DNA from: Promethearchaeota archaeon
GTDB lineage: Archaea; Asgardarchaeota; Lokiarchaeia; Sigyniarchaeales; SOKP01
Assembly: GCA_048941265.1 (NCBI GenBank)
Contig: JBHLNT010000116.1
Location: forward strand, 1-13,287
Reading direction: 5' to 3'
DNA: 13,287 nt
Under the pieces are notes generated by a model, which searched no databases, was not told the origin of the DNA, and saw only the letters and a list, made by a program, of their open reading frames with translations. Of the stretch, positions 1 through 7,117 are shown piece by piece (position 1 is the stretch's first letter; each line of letters begins with the position of its first letter). Both the position numbers and the translations under genes were made by a program.

Positions 1-1365
1 CATATGTCAGAACCTGAAAAAGCTACCCAAAAAGCAAAAGAACAGATTTTAATGTGTATTGCAAAATCTAGGCTTGTAGAACCATTGCAAGATATTGAAG
101 TTGATGTGTTGCCGGCTTCATTAATTATTGGAGGTGGGATTGCGGGGATGACTGCTTCGTTAGCTATAGCAAAAAAAGGATTTAAAGTATATCTCGTCGA
201 GAAAGAGAAAAATCTTGGAGGATTCATTCGAAACTTAAATGAAATTAATACTGAGGGAACCTTATCTGAACAAGTATTAAATCCAATAATACAAGCAATA
301 AAGACAAATCCTAATATAGAAGTTTTTACCTCCTCTACAATAAAAGCCGTAAATGGTTCAATTGGTAATTTTCTAATAATCATTAAACAAAACGATGAAG
401 AAAAAGAAATTGAAGCCGGTACGATTATTGTTGCTGTAGGGGGGAAAGAACTTAAACCGAATGGCTATTATCATTATGGAGAATATGAAAATATCGTAAC
501 AAATTTAGAATTTGAAGGTTTACTTCGAAATAAACAAATTCATGATGGAGAATCTATTGCTTTTATTCAATGCGTTGGTTCACGTGAAGAACAAGGAAGA
601 AATTACTGCTCCTTAACATGTTGCGAAGAATCTATTAAAAATGCTTTATTCGCTAAAAAATATTACCCAAAATCCGAGGTTTTCATAATATATCGGGATA
701 TAAGAGTATTTTATGAAGAAGAAAATGAATATAGAAAAGCCAGGGAAAAAGGGATTAATTTTATACAATATAAACCGGAAAATCCTCCTATAGTGAAAAA
801 AGTGAATGATAAATTAATTTTAAGTGTATTCGATGCTTTAACAAGAATGAAATTTGAATTATCTTTAGATAAAATAGTGCTTGCTACTCCCCTAATCGCA
901 TGGGAAGAAAATAAAAAATTATCCGAAATGCTAAAAGTCCCATTGGATGGAAATGGATTCTTTTTTGAAGCACATCCTAAATTAAGACCCGTTGATTTTG
1001 CTACAGATGGGATTTTTACATGTGGAACTGCCCAATCTCCTAAAAATATAAAGGAAACTTTAAGTCAAGCACTAGGAGCAGCATCCAGAGCTTTAATACC
1101 CTTGATGAATAGTAAAGCATCAGTTGAAGGGGCAACATCAAGTTTACCCGAATTTAATAAAAAGTTATGTACAGGTTGCGAAGTTTGCATAGATATCTGT
1201 CCATATAAAGCAATTAATAAGAATGAATTAGATGAAATTGAGATAAATCAAGTGCTTTGTAAAGGATGCGGAGTTTGTGGTGCAACATGCACAAATAGAG
1301 CTCTTGTTATAAAACATTTTACTGATAATCAGATTATTTCTGAAATTAATGCTTGTTTAGATTAA
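1..1365 (+). CDS. hdrA: Heterodisulfide reductase subunit A-family FAD/Fe-S protein, C-terminal part (5' end outside the window)
   Basis: FAD motif IIGGGIAG, cluster motif QCVGSR...YCSLTCC, the family segment FFFEAHPKLRPVDFATDGIFTCGTAQSPKNI, and a C-terminal 2x[4Fe-4S] ferredoxin (CTGCEVCIDICP, CKGCGVCGATCT). The frame is open from base 1 (CAT ATG = H-M). H-M-S-E-P-E-K-A-T-Q-K-A-K matches the internal HdrA segment that follows 'CSWVH', so the ATG at 4 is probably not the true start. Confidence 0.93.
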   Translation, partial: HMSEPEKATQKAKEQILMCIAKSRLVEPLQDIEVDVLPASLIIGGGIAGMTASLAIAKKGFKVYLVEKEKNLGGFIRNLNEINTEGTLSEQVLNPIIQAIKTNPNIEVFTSSTIKAVNGSIGNFLIIIKQNDEEKEIEAGTIIVAVGGKELKPNGYYHYGEYENIVTNLEFEGLLRNKQIHDGESIAFIQCVGSREEQGRNYCSLTCCEESIKNALFAKKYYPKSEVFIIYRDIRVFYEEENEYRKAREKGINFIQYKPENPPIVKKVNDKLILSVFDALTRMKFELSLDKIVLATPLIAWEENKKLSEMLKVPLDGNGFFFEAHPKLRPVDFATDGIFTCGTAQSPKNIKETLSQALGAASRALIPLMNSKASVEGATSSLPEFNKKLCTGCEVCIDICPYKAINKNELDEIEINQVLCKGCGVCGATCTNRALVIKHFTDNQIISEINACLD

Positions 1366-1419
1366 AATTTAATAAAATCTTATGCCGTAGCTCCTCAGCT
1401 TTTTATACCTTAGCTCGCT

Positions 1420-1453
1420 AAATAGAAAAATCTCTACAAGAACTTTTCTATTT
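1420..1453. terminator. Stem-loop between convergent genes (possible terminator or RNA stability element)
   Basis: Perfect 10-bp inverted repeat AAATAGAAAA (1420-1429) / TTTTCTATTT (1444-1453) with an inner TCT/AGA pair, about 55 nt after the hdrA stop. Function is inferred, and the arms are AT-rich. Confidence 0.35.
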
Positions 1454-1643
1454 GTATACAATTTTTCAAAGTAGTGGAATTATTAATAACATAGAAAAAG
1501 AAAAAATATTGGATATTAAAGATTCTGTTGTCAGAGACATCAAAAAATATCAAAAAATGTTTCTACTAATGGGAAATAATTAGGCGAGATGTAATTATAA
1601 AGCAATTCGTAATTTAACATTTTTTACTTTTTTTTAATATCAA

Positions 1644-3677
1644 TTACTTTTCGAGTGATTCTAATTCTTGGCCCAACCTGGCGAGTTCTTTTTCTTCTTT
1701 TGCTTTCTTTTTTGCGAGTTTTGCTTTTTGCTTCTCTAATTTTTTTTCTTGCTTTTGTTTCTTTTTTAAGAGCTTAGCTTGCTGCTTCTTTTTCACTTTC
1801 AATTCCTTTAATTCAATCTTTTCCCTTTCAAGTGCTTCCCTCTCTTGCCTCTCTTTTTCTAGTTTTTCTTGTTCTAATCGAATTTGTTCTTGACGTTCAG
1901 CCTCAATTCTTTCTTGTTCTCTTTGTTTTTTGAGTCTTTCTTGCTCTTCACGAAGCGCTTCTAATCTTTCTCTTTCTCTCCTTTCTTCTTCAAGTTTTTG
2001 CCTTTCTTTTTCAATTCTTTCTTTTTCAATCCTCTCTCGTTCTTGACGCTCTCTTTCTAACCGTTCTCTTTCCAGTCTCTCCCTTTCCTCCCTTATTTTT
2101 CTCTCTCTCTCTAATCTTTCCTCTTCAAATTTATTTATCCATTTATCTACACCTTCCAATAACTCCATCTTATCTTTTGGTGGGAGCCCAAGAAATGATT
2201 CTTTCTTCTCGTAGATATTTGCCCATTTACTTAACTCCCATTTAATCGTAGAATATTCAACAGGATATAAATTTTTTATATTATCCCTTGCGAGCCCGAG
2301 GACTCTTCCTACAGTCGGCATATCGAAATTCTCTTCAATTATTCGCTTAACATATAATAAAATTTGTTCAATATCTTCTGTAGGGACTGGAGGGAGAGGT
2401 TTAGCTTCCACATTCTCAGATTTCTCTACTCTTAATTTAAATTGTTCTCCTTCTCTTTGGGGTTCTCGATAATCCTTTATGGTGGAGAAATCGACTTGAT
2501 ATGAAGAAGATTTGGCTTGTTCTGTATATGAACTTACGGTAGAATCTTCCGCTACTGTAGTAATTTCAATTTTTTCTTTAAGATTTCTTGGAAATTCGTC
2601 AGGCCACTCAATTAACGAGTTTAAACGATTCACTCCAGAAAACAATACAGATTTTTTAAGAGTTAAGGTGGAAATTGTTGAGGGTTCTGATAAAGAAATA
2701 GGAGTTGTCTCAGACTTTAAAACTTTGGAGACATTTTCTAAAATTGAGTAGGGATACATAGGATCATATTCAATTGTTGCATATATTTTCTTTAAATGAG
2801 AAATGATTTCTTCAATTTTTTGAAGTTCTATAGGAGATAAGATTTTTGGTAAATAATCATCAAATCCATAATCAATCTCATCTATTCCTGCTGTTGCTTC
2901 CATATATCCACTAGATTCATAAACTTTCATTTTGTCCGACACGATAATTTTATTGTAAAAGTCTCGACTTCCGCTCAGAAGTAAATGTCCTTTAGTTCCT
3001 AAATTATAAGCTTCTGGATCGCGAATTTTATCTATAAATTCTAAAAAGATATCCTTATGAGGTATAAAAATATTTCTCATAATAGCTCCCTTAATGAGTG
3101 TTTGCCTACCTTCAGATTTAAACGATAGATCAATTGGTATCTTTACTACTTTTTCAGCAATAACTACATCTTTATCATCTTCTAATGTAATATCTTTTGA
3201 TGATGCTAGATGATCGTAGACAAAATCGGATAGGATTAATCCTGTAAGTAGTCGATTATCAATAATATATTTTCCTCGAGATAACTCGACATCATGAGAT
3301 AATTCGAATTTTGTATAGTAATATCCTAATCCAAAAATGAAATATATGGTACCTTTTTCAGTTTCAACGGCACATTCAGTTCCACCAAAAAAGATTACAA
3401 TATCAGTAATGATTTTTGCTACATCGTGACCAACATATTTACCCAATGTTGGATAACCTAATAAATCTCCCCAACTGGGGATAATGAAAAGCATATTATT
3501 CTGAATGAGACGATTTTGCTTTTTAAATAGTTCTTCTTTTTCCCGTTCTAATCTTTCTCGCTCCAACCTTTCTTTCTCTAATCTTTCTTTTTCCATGCGC
3601 TCTTTTTCAAGCTGTTCATTCTCTAGTTTTTCTTGATCTAATTTTTCATTTTCATTCAATAAATCTTTTTTTTCCAT
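1644..3677 (-). CDS. Hypothetical 677-aa protein: unrecognised globular core flanked by ER/K-rich helical repeat regions
   Basis: Long uninterrupted ORF. AGGTGA ribosome-binding motif 4 nt before the ATG. N-terminal EKERL/ERERL pentads and a ~160-aa charged C-terminal tail. No family recognised for the core. Confidence 0.9.
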   Translation of the reverse strand: MEKKDLLNENEKLDQEKLENEQLEKERMEKERLEKERLERERLEREKEELFKKQNRLIQNNMLFIIPSWGDLLGYPTLGKYVGHDVAKIITDIVIFFGGTECAVETEKGTIYFIFGLGYYYTKFELSHDVELSRGKYIIDNRLLTGLILSDFVYDHLASSKDITLEDDKDVVIAEKVVKIPIDLSFKSEGRQTLIKGAIMRNIFIPHKDIFLEFIDKIRDPEAYNLGTKGHLLLSGSRDFYNKIIVSDKMKVYESSGYMEATAGIDEIDYGFDDYLPKILSPIELQKIEEIISHLKKIYATIEYDPMYPYSILENVSKVLKSETTPISLSEPSTISTLTLKKSVLFSGVNRLNSLIEWPDEFPRNLKEKIEITTVAEDSTVSSYTEQAKSSSYQVDFSTIKDYREPQREGEQFKLRVEKSENVEAKPLPPVPTEDIEQILLYVKRIIEENFDMPTVGRVLGLARDNIKNLYPVEYSTIKWELSKWANIYEKKESFLGLPPKDKMELLEGVDKWINKFEEERLERERKIREERERLERERLERERQERERIEKERIEKERQKLEEERRERERLEALREEQERLKKQREQERIEAERQEQIRLEQEKLEKERQEREALEREKIELKELKVKKKQQAKLLKKKQKQEKKLEKQKAKLAKKKAKEEKELARLGQELESLEK
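1647..2126 (-). repeat. Low-complexity coding repeat (ERERL/EKERI pentads followed by a Lys-rich tail)
   Basis: Translation shows ERERL-ERERL-ERERQ-ERERI-EKERI-EKERQ and later KVKKKQQAKLLKKKQKQEKKLEKQKAKLAKKKAK. The + strand DNA is strongly C/T-rich. Confidence 0.85.
3520..3656 (-). repeat. N-terminal low-complexity pentad repeat (EKERM-EKERL-EKERL-ERERL)
   Basis: Imperfect 15-bp periodicity in the first ~50 codons of the 677-aa ORF. Boundaries are approximate. Confidence 0.8.
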
Positions 3678-3681
3678 AATT

Positions 3682-3687
3682 TCACCT
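3682..3687 (-). promoter_or_regulatory. Shine-Dalgarno-like motif AGGTGA for the 677-aa ORF
   Basis: TCACCT on + reads AGGTGA on -, 4 nt upstream of the ATG at 3677. It matches part of the GGAGGTGA consensus. Confidence 0.65.
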
Positions 3688-3965
3688 TCGTAAATTTAAT
3701 TGTAATTTCATTTTATTATGTTTGAAATCACTCTATTATTTTTTCTCCTTTTATTAAATTTTTTAATAATAATAAATATTAACCTTTTTATCGTTAAAAA
3801 TATCCAATTCAAGAGAGATTTTTAAACTAATTTATCTTATTATTATAGTAAAATTAGATTATTTTATTCCAATGTAAAATTTGTTTCTTAAATATTTTAA
3901 ATAAATTTATAGAAATGTAATTCCAATTATAAAATGAAAAAATATATGCGGTGATTTATATAGTT

Positions 3966-5066
3966 ATGGCTAATATTAATGATGAGACGATGGTTTTGGT
4001 TGTATCTGACCAACATTTAGGCGCTCTAAAATCGTGGGATGAAGAATTTAAAATATTCCTTGATGGAGTTATTGAAAAGCTTAACAATAAGTCGTTAAAT
4101 AAATTAAAGGCATTTCTAATAATTGGAGATTTTTTTGATTTGGTTATGGATACTTATAAAGATATAGCCAAGGATTTTAAAGAAATTTATGAACGCTTAG
4201 ACTATCTTATCAAAAAAAAAGTTCATGTGATAATTGCCCTCGGAAATCATGAAATTTCTACTAGAAAACCTTATGAGAAAAAATTCAAGAGACGCAAAAA
4301 TAAAATGATTAGAAAATTCCAAAGGAAAAAACTGAGAAATGAATTCCTTAAAAGAGAAAATATGTGCCAATATATCATTCTAAGAAAAAATGAGAATGAA
4401 CAATTAGAAATGGTAACCTATGATTCTAAGATGCACATTGACAAAATTAAAATAGTTAAAAAAGAAACTCTTGGCAACATTCCCAATGAGGGACCTCTTA
4501 AAGGACGTTATAAATGCATACTTACCCACGGATTTCAATTTGAACCCAAAAAGTATTCGTTTTTCGCACTTATCTGGGCATTCATTCTTAAAACACCCGG
4601 TTTTATAAAGGAACTATTTGATATATTATGGAATGGAATAATTAAAACCCCAGAAAGACCTGTAATCGAACAAATCGATAAAGCAGAGTTTAAACGAAGA
4701 ATAAAAGAAAATAAAGATATGCTTAATAAGAAACAAAAAATATCATATTTTCTCTTTAAACGATTGATACTTAAAGAATTAGTCAAAGAAGCAAAACATA
4801 AAGCTGCAATCAAGGATAATAGAGAATTTAATAATGTTATCAAAGAATCTTATATTGACGATTTTTTAAAATTAGGAATAACTCATATAATTTATGGTCA
4901 TTCTCATACAAAACAGGACGACATTACTATAAATGGAGTTCCTGTGCTTAATCCCGGAGGTTGGCAACAAGTATCCGAGCCAGGTTTTATTGAAATTCAT
5001 TCCAATGGAGATATAAAGGTAAAAACCTATACTCAAAAAGAAGAAAAATCCACAATTGAGGCATAA
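3966..5066 (+). CDS. Calcineurin-like metallophosphoesterase (LpxH/UDP-2,3-diacylglucosamine hydrolase-like architecture)
   Basis: All five superfamily motifs occur in order: SDQHLG, GDFFD, GNHE, THG, GHSH, plus a terminal NPGGW. The ORF-track GTG at 3951 lies inside a GGTGA motif, so ATG 3966 is the preferred start (uncertain). Confidence 0.88.
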   Translation: MANINDETMVLVVSDQHLGALKSWDEEFKIFLDGVIEKLNNKSLNKLKAFLIIGDFFDLVMDTYKDIAKDFKEIYERLDYLIKKKVHVIIALGNHEISTRKPYEKKFKRRKNKMIRKFQRKKLRNEFLKRENMCQYIILRKNENEQLEMVTYDSKMHIDKIKIVKKETLGNIPNEGPLKGRYKCILTHGFQFEPKKYSFFALIWAFILKTPGFIKELFDILWNGIIKTPERPVIEQIDKAEFKRRIKENKDMLNKKQKISYFLFKRLILKELVKEAKHKAAIKDNREFNNVIKESYIDDFLKLGITHIIYGHSHTKQDDITINGVPVLNPGGWQQVSEPGFIEIHSNGDIKVKTYTQKEEKSTIEA

Positions 5067-5471
5067 AAGCTTTAATCATAAAAAGAAATTTTTTTAAACT
5101 TTATTTTTTTATTGGATAAGCACTAAAACCATCTTAACTCGAAAAAAAATCCAATTTTTGAGTGATGATTTTTAATCATTATTTCTTTGAATTCTTTTCG
5201 CTTCCCCTAATAATTCTTATTTGGATGATGGGAAAGAGGGACTTTGATCTAAATTGGCGATCATTTACGTTTATTTTTATAAAAAAGTTTGTTTAGTTAC
5301 GGTTTTTTTTATTGATTTTCGGCATGTGATTAATAATCTGCAACATATAATGGTGATTATTCTCTAAGTTATTACGTGATATGATAACAAAATGACGAAA
5401 AGCAAATATTTAAATAAATAAAATTCCTATTATCACATAAGAAAATAAAAAAATTATTGAGATGGTAAAAA

Positions 5472-5789
5472 ATGATCAAATCGGAATTTTCTAACAAATT
5501 GACGGAACAGGCTTTTAAAAATTTTGAGAATATAAAGGAATCCTTAAAAGGATTATTTGAGATTCTCAATTTAGCTGTTGATGGAGAAGAAAATGAGGTT
5601 TATTATAACCTTGGAGTAGATAATATCTCCGGTCTTTATGAAAATTTCTTGGAATTAATGTTCAATGACTATGGTGCAAGACAGGTTATGAAAGCGTTAA
5701 GAAATTCCGAAATTGATCTAGCAATTCCCTTAAACGATCCAGTAAAGGGAGAAAGCGAAAACGAAGGAGAAAGAGAAGCTGTTTTTTAA
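5472..5789 (+). CDS. Small acidic, probably helical hypothetical protein (105 aa)
   Basis: ATG-started ORF with protein-like amphipathic patterning (FENIKESLKGLFEIL, ISGLYENFLELM), flanked by very AT-rich spacers and followed by T-runs. No family recognised. Confidence 0.75.
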   Translation: MIKSEFSNKLTEQAFKNFENIKESLKGLFEILNLAVDGEENEVYYNLGVDNISGLYENFLELMFNDYGARQVMKALRNSEIDLAIPLNDPVKGESENEGEREAVF

Positions 5790-5944
5790 TTTTTATCTAC
5801 TTTTCTTATAATTTGATCAAAATATATACTCTTCCTATTTTCATTTTACATTTTCTAAATAATATAATTTAATAATTATCATTAATTATAATCTCCAATT
5901 TATAATTTAATTATTTTCAATTAAATCATAAAAGAGGATATTAA

Positions 5945-6979
5945 ATGGTAATTAAAACCAACATTACAGAAATGTTTGGAATTAAGCATCCGATTTTCGC
6001 CGCACCGATGGGTCCTTTTTACACCACGGAATTAACTATTGCAGTTTCTGAGGCAGGCGGAATGGGTGTTTTAAGTCATACAAACTTATTTGGAAAGGAC
6101 AGTTTAACGGAATTAAAGAAAAATATGGAGTATGTAGTTGAACATACTGATAAGCCATTTGGGTTTAATATTAGGACAGGCCGCATGCAAATGGATGCAA
6201 AGGTACTCTGTCAGAAAATTCCCCGCTTTATTGCGAAAAATCCTAAAATAAAAGAACAGTGTTTATATGCATTAACTAGCGCTGGATCATCAAAATTGAT
6301 TAAAACTAAAGCGTGGGACGCACTAAAGGAAAGTGGTTCAAATATTAAGCATTTTCATGTAGCTCCTGCGTTATGGCTTGCTGATAAATGTGTTGCTACT
6401 AATGTTGATGGTATGGTAATTACTGGGGGCGAAGGTGGGGGACATCAATCATATGAAAAAATTAGCACATTAGTATTGCTCCAACAGGTTAGACAAAAAT
6501 ATCCAGACTTTCCGGTAATCGCTTGTGGAGGATTTGCCACTGGTGAGGGGATTGCGGCAGCATTAACATTGGGTGCTGGAGCAGTCGCGATGGGCTCTAG
6601 ATTTATTGCTTCAAATGAAAGCGAATTTCACCAAACCTATAAAAACATCGTTCCACTTGCAAAAGCAGAGGATACTGTTCTAGTCACAGGATTTTTAGGT
6701 CCCATTCGGCTCTGGAAAAATAAGTATTCCGTACATCATGGTCTTGTTGCGAGTAAAGAAGAGAAAATGGCTGAAGAAAAACAAATGAGTTTAGAAGATC
6801 TGATAGAAGACGGCAAGCATTATGAGCTGACGTACCACGGAAATATTGATGATGGAGCAGTTCTCTTAGGTCAAAGCATTGGTATTATTCCAAGTATTGA
6901 CAGAGTTCCCGACATAATTGATAATATAGTGAAAGTTGCTGAACAACGCTTAAAAGCTGCCGCCAGTATGGTAGAGTAA
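5945..6979 (+). CDS. Nitronate monooxygenase / enoyl-ACP reductase II (FabK)-family FMN oxidoreductase
   Basis: N-terminal ITEMFGIKHPIFAAPM, AVSEAGGMG, TDKPFGFN, catalytic-His motif GGEGGGH, FMN-phosphate segment PVIACGGFATGEGIAAALTLGAGAVAMGSRF, and C-terminal GQSIGII. AGAGGA lies upstream of the ATG. Confidence 0.93.
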   Translation: MVIKTNITEMFGIKHPIFAAPMGPFYTTELTIAVSEAGGMGVLSHTNLFGKDSLTELKKNMEYVVEHTDKPFGFNIRTGRMQMDAKVLCQKIPRFIAKNPKIKEQCLYALTSAGSSKLIKTKAWDALKESGSNIKHFHVAPALWLADKCVATNVDGMVITGGEGGGHQSYEKISTLVLLQQVRQKYPDFPVIACGGFATGEGIAAALTLGAGAVAMGSRFIASNESEFHQTYKNIVPLAKAEDTVLVTGFLGPIRLWKNKYSVHHGLVASKEEKMAEEKQMSLEDLIEDGKHYELTYHGNIDDGAVLLGQSIGIIPSIDRVPDIIDNIVKVAEQRLKAAASMVE

Positions 6980-7024
6980 TCTGAAATAGTGAATTTCCCA
7001 CAATATAAATCTTATTTACTAAAG

Positions 7025-7048
7025 TTTTTTTTTTCTTTTTCTTTTTTT
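7025..7048 (+). terminator. Oligo-T tract, candidate archaeal-type terminator
   Basis: T10-C-T5-C-T7 tract about 45 nt after the stop at 6979. T-tract termination is established for archaea; activity here is inferred. Confidence 0.5.
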
Positions 7049-7117
7049 ACTTATCAATTTATAATAATTTAAAAAAAAAGAAAAAATAAATTTGAATTTT
7101 TGATTTGTTAATATAGT

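Noticed and set aside
1539-1558. Tandem 10-mer ATCAAAAAAT x2
   Set aside because: Only two A-rich copies with no spacers, so not a CRISPR array or a meaningful repeat.
1366-1643. Possible SECIS element after hdrA (HdrA is a selenoprotein in some archaea)
   Set aside because: The visible hdrA part has no in-frame TGA, and I found no AUGA...GA core on a stem in this region by eye. A covariance-model search would be needed to exclude it fully.
2512-2751. 79-aa + strand ORF
   Set aside because: Antisense shadow inside the 677-aa gene, TTG start, no motifs.
4535-4843. 102-aa - strand ORF
   Set aside because: Antisense to the metallophosphoesterase. Its L/S/F bias simply mirrors the K/E-rich sense codons.
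5162-5260. C-box-like GTGATGA suggesting a C/D box sRNA
   Set aside because: No CTGA D box at a suitable distance downstream.
5172-5264. Minus-strand mini frame MIANLDQSPSFPSSK*ELLGEAKRIQRNND*
   Set aside because: Too short, interrupted by a stop, and no recognisable similarity.
5372-5569. 65-aa - strand ORF
   Set aside because: Overlaps the better-supported 105-aa + ORF and AT-rich spacer. F/I/N-rich composition is typical of non-coding AT DNA.
5860-5925. Fur/PerR-box-like ATAAT/ATTAT motifs upstream of the FabK-like gene
   Set aside because: The region is almost entirely A/T, so such motifs carry no information without conservation data.
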